DNA from: an uncultured Bacteroidales bacterium
GTDB lineage: Bacteria > Bacteroidota > Bacteroidia > Bacteroidales > Paludibacteraceae
Direction: 5' to 3'
Assembly: GCA_902779705.1 (NCBI GenBank)
Contig: CACZCR010000009.1
Location: 1,684-65,683 of the forward strand
DNA length: 64,000 nucleotides
Positions 7,934-16,385 of the stretch are shown one piece after another. A program made the translations under genes and the position numbers. The notes beneath the pieces are model-generated. The model saw only the letters and a list, made by a program, of their open reading frames with translations, did no database searches and was not told the origin of the DNA. The first letter of the stretch is position 1, and each line of letters begins with the position of its first letter.

Positions 7934-9439
7934 TCAGATGAGGTGGAGCGAACCGGCTGCGAAGAGCACCAGGTAGCCCAGCACCATGCTGACGATACCG
8001 ACGATCACACCGACTTTAATCATATCCTTTTGCTGGAACAGGTTGGTGGCAAACGCCAGTGCATTCGGCGGCGTGGAGATAGGCAGCAACATCGCGCTAC
8101 TCGATGCGATAGCTACACCAATCAGTACCGTCGAGGTACCTCCGATAGCGGCCAACTTGTCGCCCATAGCGGTACAAACGACCACCAGAATAGGCATCAG
8201 CAACGCTGCCGTAGCCGAGTGGGAGATGAGGTTAGACAGGCCGTAGCACAGCAGACCCGACAGGATAACCACCAACATCGGCGAGAACTCACCGAACGGA
8301 ATCGACTTAACCACCAGGGCTGCCAGACCGGAGCCGTTCATGGCATAGCCGAGTGCAAAACCACCGGCTACCATCCACAGTACCGACCAGTTGATCTCTT
8401 CGAGGTCATAACGGGTGATGATACCGAACAGGGTGAAGACTACAAACGGGATGAAAGCCACCGTATAGGTGTTGATACCGGTGAAGGTATCCATCATCCA
8501 CAGCAGGATGGTGACGATCAGGGTAGCGATAATGATATAGGTGTTCTTCTCGCGTTTCATCTCGCCATCGATCTTGAGTTCAACCGTCTTCTGGGTGAAG
8601 GGGAACAAGGTCTTGAGTACCCACCACGCAAAAATGATCAGCACGATCACCAGCGGCACCATAAACAGCATCCACTGACCAAAACCGATACCCAAATTCA
8701 GTCCTTCGGGGTCGTTGAGATACTTGAGCGCGATGGTGTTAGGCGGTGTACCGATAGGCGTTCCCAGACCGCCGAGGTTGGCAGCTACAGGGATAGAAAG
8801 TGCCATAGCGATACGGCCTTTGCCGGCCTCGGGCAGCTGTTTGAACACAGGCGCCAGGAAGGTCAACATCATCGCCGTAGTGGCGGTATTGGAGATGAAC
8901 ATAGAGAACAGCGCTGTGACGAGCATAAAGCCCAGCAGGATGTTCTCACTCTTCTTGCCAAACGGGGTCAACAGCACCTTAGCCAAGTGAACATCCAGGC
9001 CCGACTTGGTGGTAGCAATCGCCAAGATGAATCCACCGATAAAGAGCATGATCACCGGGTCGGCAAACGATGCCATGATCTGCTTGTAGCTCAGCAGATC
9101 GCCCACCTGCTCAGGGTCGCAGATCCACTTGACGCCGGAATCGGACGTGAGCAGCAACAACAAGCCCATGATACTGACGGAAGTAGCCCACGAGGGGATC
9201 AACTCCATCACCCACATCAATGTGGCATACGCAAAAATAGCAATGATACGCTGCTGAACCAGCGTCATTCCTTCCATACCGAACGACTCAGTCGGCAGGA
9301 ACCATAAGGTGAAAAAGACAGCGGCTACGACCAGGAACTTCAGACCCTTTTTCAGACTCTTGGTCGGGTCGAAGCGCTTGTCGTGCTTCTTGTTGTACAT
9401 CTGGTGAACCAGATCAAATCCTACGAAATTTTTTAACAT
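7934..9439 (-). CDS. DASS/SLC13 family anion:sodium symporter (citrate/dicarboxylate/sulfate transporter family)
   Basis: Polytopic membrane protein with the family-typical N-terminal region QQRIIAIFAYATLMWVMELIPSWATS and repeated ...GGLGTPIGTPPN / ...LLPISTPPNA hairpin motifs. The start is moved to MLKNFVGF (9439) because the longer ORF runs through the promoter. Confidence 0.85.
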   Translation of the reverse strand: MLKNFVGFDLVHQMYNKKHDKRFDPTKSLKKGLKFLVVAAVFFTLWFLPTESFGMEGMTLVQQRIIAIFAYATLMWVMELIPSWATSVSIMGLLLLLTSDSGVKWICDPEQVGDLLSYKQIMASFADPVIMLFIGGFILAIATTKSGLDVHLAKVLLTPFGKKSENILLGFMLVTALFSMFISNTATTAMMLTFLAPVFKQLPEAGKGRIAMALSIPVAANLGGLGTPIGTPPNTIALKYLNDPEGLNLGIGFGQWMLFMVPLVIVLIIFAWWVLKTLFPFTQKTVELKIDGEMKREKNTYIIIATLIVTILLWMMDTFTGINTYTVAFIPFVVFTLFGIITRYDLEEINWSVLWMVAGGFALGYAMNGSGLAALVVKSIPFGEFSPMLVVILSGLLCYGLSNLISHSATAALLMPILVVVCTAMGDKLAAIGGTSTVLIGVAIASSSAMLLPISTPPNALAFATNLFQQKDMIKVGVIVGIVSMVLGYLVLFAAGSLHLI

Positions 9440-9512
9440 AATATTGTACTGATAGTAATTCCAAAACACCTCTCCGAACTTACTCAAAAGCCATCTTTCG
9501 GAGAAATCGGCC

Positions 9513-9545
9513 GCAAAATTACACTTTTTTCGTGATATACACAAA
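9513..9545 (-). promoter_or_regulatory. Promoter of the DASS transporter gene
   Basis: Reverse complement reads TTTG, a 21-nt spacer, then TAATTTTG. Confidence 0.5.
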
Positions 9546-9581
9546 TAAAATCGGCAGAATGACAAAAAAAGTTAACAATTA

Positions 9582-9613
9582 TTTGCACATTTCAAATATT
9601 TGTTGTATCTTTG
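9582..9613 (+). promoter_or_regulatory. Promoter of the DUF6089-uppS-bamA-ompH operon
   Basis: TTTG (9582-9585), a 20-nt spacer, then TATCTTTG (9606-9613). Confidence 0.6.
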
Positions 9614-9623
9614 CACGCTAATT

Positions 9624-10370
9624 ATGCGAAAGGAAGTGAAAATCGGAAAGCTATACATAGGATTGATAGTGTTTTGCGCGCTGGTGTGTGTGCCTACTAC
9701 GGCCCATGCGCAGGCCTTTGCGCGCAGCACCAATTATGTATGTGAATTGGGTTTGCAAGCGGGTGTGGGTTACTATGTTGGTGATGCTGCTCCGTATATC
9801 TTTATGCAGCCTTGTGAGACCTACGGTGCCCACTTCCGCTATAAGTTCACTCCCCGCTGGGCGATCCAGGTCAAGGGCCTGTCACAGCGCATCACCGGAT
9901 GGGAGTACGACGAGGACATGGTGCAGCAAGACACCAAGTGGCAGAACAGGTTGATCAACCTGGATGTGATGGGTGAGTTCAACTTCTTCCGCTTCGGCGG
10001 CGCGGAGTACGACGCACGGGTTAAGCAGATCAGCCCGTATATATTCTTAGGTATAGGTGCCTCGATCCACGGCGGCGCACACGACTACAACACCGACGAG
10101 TGGAAAGAGTACAGCCAGGTGTCGATGTACCTGCCGGTAGGTATAGGACTGAAATGGAAGTTCGCCCCCCGTTGCGGGTTGAACATAGCATGGCAGCACA
10201 ACCTCTATTTCACCGACGGTGTGGAGGGTTCGGCAACACTCCGGGACCTGCACGAGCTGAACGGTCACAACTGGCTGAACTGCGACATCACCGGCCAACT
10301 GACGGCGGCGTTTGTGTTTGAGTTCGCCAAAGAGAAGAAAGTATGCCGCCATTGCGAGAAATGGTATTAG
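9624..10370 (+). CDS. DUF6089-like outer-membrane beta-barrel protein
   Basis: It has a signal peptide (LIVFCALVCVPTTAHAQ), beta-barrel-like alternating aromatic pattern, and the conserved position immediately upstream of uppS-bamA in Bacteroidales. The ATG at 9624 is chosen because the track start (9600) lies inside the promoter. Confidence 0.65.
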   Translation: MRKEVKIGKLYIGLIVFCALVCVPTTAHAQAFARSTNYVCELGLQAGVGYYVGDAAPYIFMQPCETYGAHFRYKFTPRWAIQVKGLSQRITGWEYDEDMVQQDTKWQNRLINLDVMGEFNFFRFGGAEYDARVKQISPYIFLGIGASIHGGAHDYNTDEWKEYSQVSMYLPVGIGLKWKFAPRCGLNIAWQHNLYFTDGVEGSATLRDLHELNGHNWLNCDITGQLTAAFVFEFAKEKKVCRHCEKWY

Positions 10371-10384
10371 GGGATTAGTGGTTA

Positions 10385-11134
10385 ATGAATATGAATTATA
10401 AAGAGCAAATAGACAAAGAGCGGATGCCGCGTCACATCGCCATCGTGATGGATGGTAATGGTCGTTGGGCTAAAAAACAAGGCATGGCACGTGTGTTTGG
10501 TCACCGTCAGGGTGTTCAGACCGTACACGATATCACGGTAGCCGCAGCCGAGTTGGGCATCGAGTATCTGACGTTATACACGTTCTCGACCGAGAACTGG
10601 AACCGTCCCAAAGAGGAAGTGGATGCGCTGATGAACCTGCTGGTGGACACGATCGTCAAAGAGACACCGACGCTGATGGACAACAACGTACGATTGTTGA
10701 CCATAGGTGATATCAACCGCTTGCCGGAGGGTGCGCGTCTGAAGTTTCTGGGCTGTGTAGAGCAGACCAGCAAGAACACGGGCCTTAGCATGGTCATCGC
10801 GCTGAGCTACTCGTCCCGCTGGGAGATCACCCGCGCGATGCAGATAGCCGTAGAGCGTGCTGTCAAAGGTGAGTTGCGTCCCGAAGACATCGACGAACCG
10901 TATGTAGCCTCGCTGATGACGACGGCCCAGATGCCCGATCCGGATCTGCTGATCCGCACCAGTGGCGAGTTGCGTATATCAAACTTCCTACTATGGCAGC
11001 TGGCCTACTCTGAGCTCTATTTCACCGACTGTCTGTGGCCGGAGTTCACCACCGAAGAGCTGTACAAAGCCATCGTGGACTACCAACACCGCGAACGACG
11101 ATTCGGGAAGACCAGTGAACAGGTAATTAAGTAA
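10385..11134 (+). CDS. uppS: Isoprenyl transferase (di-trans,poly-cis-undecaprenyl-diphosphate synthase)
   Basis: [17 protein letters not shown], ...[15 protein letters not shown]..., ...[24 protein letters not shown]. Confidence 0.95.
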   Translation: MNMNYKEQIDKERMPRHIAIVMDGNGRWAKKQGMARVFGHRQGVQTVHDITVAAAELGIEYLTLYTFSTENWNRPKEEVDALMNLLVDTIVKETPTLMDNNVRLLTIGDINRLPEGARLKFLGCVEQTSKNTGLSMVIALSYSSRWEITRAMQIAVERAVKGELRPEDIDEPYVASLMTTAQMPDPDLLIRTSGELRISNFLLWQLAYSELYFTDCLWPEFTTEELYKAIVDYQHRERRFGKTSEQVIK

Positions 11135-11136
11135 AA

Positions 11137-11168
11137 ATTGTAGATTGTAGATTGTAGATTGTAAATTG
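11137..11168 (+). repeat. 7-nt tandem array (ATTG)TAGATTG x3 + TAAATTG
   Basis: Seen directly. The TTG start codon of bamA (11166) is the end of the last unit. Confidence 0.9.
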
Positions 11169-13766
11169 AAAAAGATAGTTAACATAGTGTTCGCCGTGCT
11201 GCTGTCGCTGTCATTGTATGCGCAGGACAGCATTCAAGTAGCAGATTCGGCATCGCTGCCTAAGATAGAGTACACCCTGCAGCGTCAGACCTACACCATC
11301 GCCGACATCAAGGTGAGCGGTGCTGACAGTTATGAGGACTTTGTGCTGATAGGTTTCTCCGGCTTGGCTGTGGGAGACGAGATAGAGGTTCCGGGTGAGC
11401 AGATCACCAAAGCGGTGAAGCGTTTCTGGAAGCAGGGACTGTTCTCCGACGTGAAGATCAAAGCCAACAAGATCGTAGGCGACAGCGTATGGTTGGAGAT
11501 AGCACTCCAGCAGCGTCCGCGTGCCTCGGAGGTGGTCTATCAGGGTGTGAAGAAGAGTGAGAAAGAGGACATCGAGGTCAAAGTGGGCCTGCGGACCGGT
11601 AGTCAGTTGACGCCTAACATACTGGACAACACCAAGACGGTGATCAAGAAATACTATGCCGAGAAGGGATTCCACAACACCGACGTGGACATTCGCCAGT
11701 ATCAGGACCAAGACCATCCGGGATACGTGCGTGTAGCAGTGCTGGTGGACAAGAAAGCCAAGACCCGTGTGGGTAAGATCTACCTGACAGGCAACGAGGC
11801 GTTGACCGACCTGCAGATCAACAAGGCGATGAAGAAGACCAACGACAACAACATCATCAACCTGTTCCGCACCAAGAAGTTTGTGACCGAGGAGTATGAG
11901 AACGACAAGAAAGCGATCATCGACAAATACAACGAGATCGGCTATCGCGACGCCTATATCGTAGCCGACAGCGTGGTGCCCAACCCCGAAGACCCGACAC
12001 GCGTAGATGTGTACATCACCGTATCGGAGGGTGGCAAGTACTACGTGCGCAACATCAGCTGGGTGGGCAACACCGTCTATCCGAGCGAGGCGCTGAACAA
12101 CATGCTGGGCGTCAAGAAGGGTGACACCTACAACCTCAAGCTGCTGAACGATCGTCTGATCAACGACGACGATGCGGTCAGCAAGCTGTATACGGACAAC
12201 GGCTACCTGTTCTTCAACGTCGAGCCCGTCGAGACCAGTGTGTCAGGTGACTCGATCGACTTTGAGATGCGTATGTACGAAGGTCGTCCGGCGACCATCA
12301 ACGAGATCAAGATCGTCGGCAACGAGCGCGTGTATGAGCATGTGGTACGCCGCGAGCTCTACACCAAGCCCGGACAGCTGTACTCGCAGTCGGACATCAT
12401 GCGTTCGCTGCGTGAGTTGGCACAGATGGGGCACTTCAACGCCGAGAAACTGGTGCCGGACATCCAGCCTAACCCCGAAGAGGGAACGGTGGACATCACC
12501 TACCAGCTGGAGACCAAGTCGAGCGACCAGATCGAGTTCTCACTCGGTTGGGGTGCCACAGGCCTGGTGGGATCGTTGGGACTGAAGTTCACCAACTTCG
12601 CCATCCAGAACCTGTTTAACAAAAAATCCTATCGTATCGTGCCACAGGGTGAGGGACAGACCTTCTCGATCAACGCCCGTACCAACGGTGTGTACTACAC
12701 CTCGGCCTCGATATCGTTCCTCGAGCCGTGGCTGGGCGGTAAGCGTCCTAACAGCTTGAGCGCAAGCATCTATTTTGCATCGCAGACGGGTTACTCGAAC
12801 CGCTACTACAAGGCCTACCAAAACCTGTATAACACCTATTCGGACTACTATTACTACTCAGGCAACTCCAACTACTACCAGCAGCTGGCCGAGTCGGAGG
12901 CCGACCCGGGTAAGTACCTGCGCACGTTTGGTGTGTCGCTGGGATACGGTAAGCGACTGAAATGGCCGGACGACTATTTCTCGTTCTACGGCGAGCTCAG
13001 CTACCAGATGTATATGATGAAAGACTGGCCGTACCTGCTGATATCGGATGGTACGAGTCATAACTTCTCGATCAACCTGCAGCTGTCGCGTTCGTCTATC
13101 GACAACCCCATCTACACGCGCCGCGGTAGCCAGTTCACGCTGGGTCTGAAGATCACCCCGCCATACTCGCTGATCAACGGCAAGGACTACTCGCAGATGA
13201 CCAACAACGAGAAGTACCACCTGATCGAGTACCACAAGTGGAAGTTCACCGGCAAGGTGTTCACGCCGCTGACACCGGACAGCAAGCTGGTGCTGATGAC
13301 GCGTGCCGAGTTCGGCTATCTGGGCCACTATAACCAATACGCCAAGTCGCCGTTTGAGTCGTTCTATATGGGTGGTGACGGTATGACCAGTTATACCTCC
13401 TACTCGACCGAGTATATCGGTATGCGTGGTTACACCTCGGGTTCGTTGACGCCGTACGACGTGGCTACAGGACGTAACATGGGTTACGTGTACAACAAGT
13501 TCACCATGGAGCTGCGCTACCCGATCACGCTCGAGCAGTCGGCAACGATCTGGGCATTGGCCTTCCTGGAGGCAGGTAACTGTTTCTCGGACATACGCAA
13601 CTACAACCCCTTCAACCTCAAACGCTCCGCCGGCGTGGGTGTACGTATCTTCCTGCCGATGTTCGGACTGCTGGGTGTAGACTGGGGTTACGGATTTGAC
13701 AAGATAAACGGCAGCAGCCAGTACGGCGGCAGCCAATTCCACTTCGTGCTGGGACAAGAACTATAA
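11166..13766 (+). CDS. bamA: Outer membrane protein assembly factor BamA
   Basis: 866 aa with signal peptide MKKIVNIVFAVLLSLSLYAQ, POTRA-like repeats and a C-terminal Omp85 barrel ending ...GGSQFHFVLGQEL. It starts at TTG; there is no in-frame ATG nearby. Confidence 0.93.
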   Translation: MKKIVNIVFAVLLSLSLYAQDSIQVADSASLPKIEYTLQRQTYTIADIKVSGADSYEDFVLIGFSGLAVGDEIEVPGEQITKAVKRFWKQGLFSDVKIKANKIVGDSVWLEIALQQRPRASEVVYQGVKKSEKEDIEVKVGLRTGSQLTPNILDNTKTVIKKYYAEKGFHNTDVDIRQYQDQDHPGYVRVAVLVDKKAKTRVGKIYLTGNEALTDLQINKAMKKTNDNNIINLFRTKKFVTEEYENDKKAIIDKYNEIGYRDAYIVADSVVPNPEDPTRVDVYITVSEGGKYYVRNISWVGNTVYPSEALNNMLGVKKGDTYNLKLLNDRLINDDDAVSKLYTDNGYLFFNVEPVETSVSGDSIDFEMRMYEGRPATINEIKIVGNERVYEHVVRRELYTKPGQLYSQSDIMRSLRELAQMGHFNAEKLVPDIQPNPEEGTVDITYQLETKSSDQIEFSLGWGATGLVGSLGLKFTNFAIQNLFNKKSYRIVPQGEGQTFSINARTNGVYYTSASISFLEPWLGGKRPNSLSASIYFASQTGYSNRYYKAYQNLYNTYSDYYYYSGNSNYYQQLAESEADPGKYLRTFGVSLGYGKRLKWPDDYFSFYGELSYQMYMMKDWPYLLISDGTSHNFSINLQLSRSSIDNPIYTRRGSQFTLGLKITPPYSLINGKDYSQMTNNEKYHLIEYHKWKFTGKVFTPLTPDSKLVLMTRAEFGYLGHYNQYAKSPFESFYMGGDGMTSYTSYSTEYIGMRGYTSGSLTPYDVATGRNMGYVYNKFTMELRYPITLEQSATIWALAFLEAGNCFSDIRNYNPFNLKRSAGVGVRIFLPMFGLLGVDWGYGFDKINGSSQYGGSQFHFVLGQEL

Positions 13767-13823
13767 GACCGCTTCGCTGAAAGAATAAAGACCGTTCACT
13801 ACGTTCACTGAAAGAATAAAGAC
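13766..13823 (+). repeat. Intergenic copy of the GACCGCTTCGCTG(A/T)AAGA word array
   Basis: AAGACCGCTTCGCTGAAAGAATAAAGACCGTTCACTACGTTCACTGAAAGAATAAAGAC, located between bamA and ompH. Confidence 0.85.
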
Positions 13824-13827
13824 TAAA

Positions 13828-14346
13828 ATGAAAAAACTAATCATTATATTATTTGCAGCAGTGCTGAGTTTGGGCACGGCGATGGCTAAAGATCAGTCGG
13901 TGGCATACATCGACATGCAGTATATACTCAAGAACCTGCCGCAGTATGAGACGGCTAATGACCAGTTGGCGATGCTGTCCAAGCGTTGGCAAAAAGAGAT
14001 CGAGGCGGCCGAGCAGGACGCACGAATCATGACGCAGAACTACCAAACCGAGCAGATCTTCCTGACCGATGATATGCGTCGTCGCCGCGAGGAGGAGATC
14101 GTCAAAAAAGAGCAGGAGGTACTGAACCTCAAACGCCAGTATTTCGGCAAGGACGGTGAGTATTACAAGAAACGTGAGGCGCTGATCAAACCTATCCAGG
14201 ACGAGATCTACACCGCCATACAGGGTTTGGCCGAAGAGAAACACATCGATGTGGTCAAAGACCGCTCGGCCGATCCGGCACTGATCTATATGTCCTCTAA
14301 GCTGGATATATCGGACCAAGTACTCCAAAAATTGGGAGCTAAGTAA
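13828..14346 (+). CDS. OmpH/Skp family periplasmic chaperone
   Basis: Signal peptide, coiled-coil Lys/Glu/Gln-rich body, and the conserved position after bamA. Confidence 0.85.
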   Translation: MKKLIIILFAAVLSLGTAMAKDQSVAYIDMQYILKNLPQYETANDQLAMLSKRWQKEIEAAEQDARIMTQNYQTEQIFLTDDMRRRREEEIVKKEQEVLNLKRQYFGKDGEYYKKREALIKPIQDEIYTAIQGLAEEKHIDVVKDRSADPALIYMSSKLDISDQVLQKLGAK

Positions 14347-14406
14347 GGTTTGGCATTATAATTGCATTGAATCGAATGAAACAACAATAAAATATCAATA
14401 AACATT

Positions 14407-14898
14407 ATGAAAAAACTATTTGTAGTATTGGCGCTGGTATTGCCGATGATGGCAATGGCGCAGAAGATCGGACACGTTAACTCCTCTGAGATCATGGCAG
14501 CTATGCCTGAGTTGACCGAGGCACAGAAGACCTTGGAGGCTTCGGAGGCTGAGTACAAAAAAGAGATGGAAGCTATGCAACAGGAGTTGCAGGACAAATA
14601 CAAAGCTTTCCAAGACAAAGCTAACCTGCTGGGTGAGGCTGAGCGTAACAAACAGCTGCTTGAGTTGCAAGACCTGGATAGCCGTATCCAGAAGTTTGCT
14701 GAGCTGTCTCGTCAAGCCCTGACCGAGCAACAGACTAAACTGATGCAACCGATCCAGGAGAAAGTGATGAAAGCTATCGAAGCCGAGGCAAAGGCTAAGG
14801 GTCTGAGCTACGTACTCGATCAGCAGGCAATGCTCTATATGGGCAAGGATGCCGTAGATATCACCCCGGGCGTTAAGAAAGCGTTGGGCCTCAAGTAA
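14407..14898 (+). CDS. OmpH/Skp family periplasmic chaperone (second copy)
   Basis: The N-terminus MKKLFVVLALVLPMMAMAQKIGHVNSSEIMAAMPE is typical. Tandem ompH pairs are usual in Bacteroidales. Confidence 0.85.
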   Translation: MKKLFVVLALVLPMMAMAQKIGHVNSSEIMAAMPELTEAQKTLEASEAEYKKEMEAMQQELQDKYKAFQDKANLLGEAERNKQLLELQDLDSRIQKFAELSRQALTEQQTKLMQPIQEKVMKAIEAEAKAKGLSYVLDQQAMLYMGKDAVDITPGVKKALGLK

Positions 14899-14899
14899 G

Positions 14900-15046
14900 A
14901 TGGCAGACGGCTATCTGGAGAAACATTACGCCGAATACGAAAAGAAAAAGGCGGAATGGTTGAAAAAGAAAAGCAAATGGTCTAATCGTCAATTGTCTAA
15001 TCGTCAATCTAATTATGGTAAAAGCAATACAAAAGACCCTGCGTGA
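14900..15046 (+). CDS. Small ORF, 48 aa (hypothetical)
   Basis: MADGYLEKHYAEYEKKKAEWLKKKSKWSNRQLSNRQSNYGKSNTKDPA. The ATG lies 1 nt after the ompH stop. The tail is encoded by a 13-nt tandem repeat (14981-15013) and overlaps the MFS start. The N-terminal MADxxLEKHYxxYEKxKxxW motif seems familiar from Bacteroidales small proteins, but that is unverified. Confidence 0.3.
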   Translation: MADGYLEKHYAEYEKKKAEWLKKKSKWSNRQLSNRQSNYGKSNTKDPA

Positions 15047-16385
15047 CAGCATGGTAGCACGTTGGGCGGTGCTTGTCCTGGTGGCGTCGATGATGTTCTT
15101 CGCCTATATGTTTGTCGACATTCTATCGCCTCTTGCATCCTTGCTCGATAAGTCGCTCAACTGGGACCAGGGTGTGTTCGGCACCTATGCTGCAGGTGAA
15201 TACCTTTTGAATGTGTTCGGCTTTCTGATCCTGGCCGGTATCATCTTGGACAAGATGGGTGTACGTTTCACGGGACTGCTCTCCGCAAGCCTGATGGTGA
15301 TTGGTGCAGGCATCAAGTACTGGGGTATATCCTGGGCGGATGCCAACACGGTCGAGTGGCTCAACTGCTGGTGGCCGTCGATGCCGGGTAGCGCCAAGAT
15401 AGCGATGTTCGGCTTTATGATCTTCGGTTGCGGCTGCGAGATGGCCGGTACGACCGTGAGCAAGATCCTGGCCAAGTGGTTCAAGGGCAAAGAGATGGCC
15501 TTGGCCATGGGTCTGGAGATGGCTATCGCCCGTCTGGGTGTGTTCGCTGCTATGTGGCTGTCGCCTATCTTCAGCGCTAAGTTCGCTATCGATGGCACCA
15601 ACTCGGTGGTAGCACCGCTGCTGTTCGCGACGTTGCTGCTGATCGTAGGTCTGCTCAACTTCTTTGTGTTCACTATCATGGACACCAAGTTTGACCAACA
15701 ACTGGTAGCTATCGGCGAAGCCACGGCAGAGAAAGATCCGGAGGATGAGTTCCATGTATCGGACCTCAAGCAGATATTCAGCTCTAAGATGTTCTGGATC
15801 ATCGCCCTGCTGTGCGTACTGTACTATAGCGCTATCTTCCCCTTCCAGCGTTTTGCCACCAACTTCCTCGAGGAGACGCTATCGATCGATAATGCCGAAG
15901 CGGCAGGCTTGTTCAAGTGGTTCCCGATACTGGCAATGGTACTGACCCCGTTCCTGGGTGCGTTCATCGACTACAAGGGCAAAGGTGCCTCGATGATGCT
16001 GATCGGCGCCGTGATCATGATCGTGTGCCACTCGGTGTTCGCCTTTGTGCTGCCGCTCTACCCGAGCAAGACCTTGGCGCTGGCTACTATCCTCGTGCTG
16101 GGCGTGAGCTTCTCGCTGGTGCCGGCATCGATGTGGCCGTCTGTGCCTAAGATCATCGACGAGAAAGTGCTGGGTTCGGCCTACTGCCTGATTTTCTGGG
16201 TGCAAAACATAGGCTTGTGCCTTGTGCCGCTGCTGATCGGCAAGCTGCGTGTAGCTACCGACGGCTACCTGGTACCGATGATCGTGTTTGCATCGTTCGG
16301 CGTACTGGCTTTCCTGCTCAGTCTGGCACTCAAGGTAGAGGACAAAAAGAAGAACTATGGATTGGAGCTTCCTAACAAGAAATAA
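15015..16385 (+). CDS. MFS transporter
   Basis: 456 aa with about 12 predicted TM helices and an MFS-like loop GIILDKMGVRFTG. Confidence 0.8.
   Translation: MVKAIQKTLRDSMVARWAVLVLVASMMFFAYMFVDILSPLASLLDKSLNWDQGVFGTYAAGEYLLNVFGFLILAGIILDKMGVRFTGLLSASLMVIGAGIKYWGISWADANTVEWLNCWWPSMPGSAKIAMFGFMIFGCGCEMAGTTVSKILAKWFKGKEMALAMGLEMAIARLGVFAAMWLSPIFSAKFAIDGTNSVVAPLLFATLLLIVGLLNFFVFTIMDTKFDQQLVAIGEATAEKDPEDEFHVSDLKQIFSSKMFWIIALLCVLYYSAIFPFQRFATNFLEETLSIDNAEAAGLFKWFPILAMVLTPFLGAFIDYKGKGASMMLIGAVIMIVCHSVFAFVLPLYPSKTLALATILVLGVSFSLVPASMWPSVPKIIDEKVLGSAYCLIFWVQNIGLCLVPLLIGKLRVATDGYLVPMIVFASFGVLAFLLSLALKVEDKKKNYGLELPNKK

Noticed and set aside
7901-9307. A 468-aa plus-strand ORF, His/Arg/Gln/Asp-rich, opposite the DASS transporter gene
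   Set aside because: It is entirely antisense to a convincing membrane-transporter ORF and has low-complexity, non-protein-like composition. It is a shadow ORF created by codon bias.
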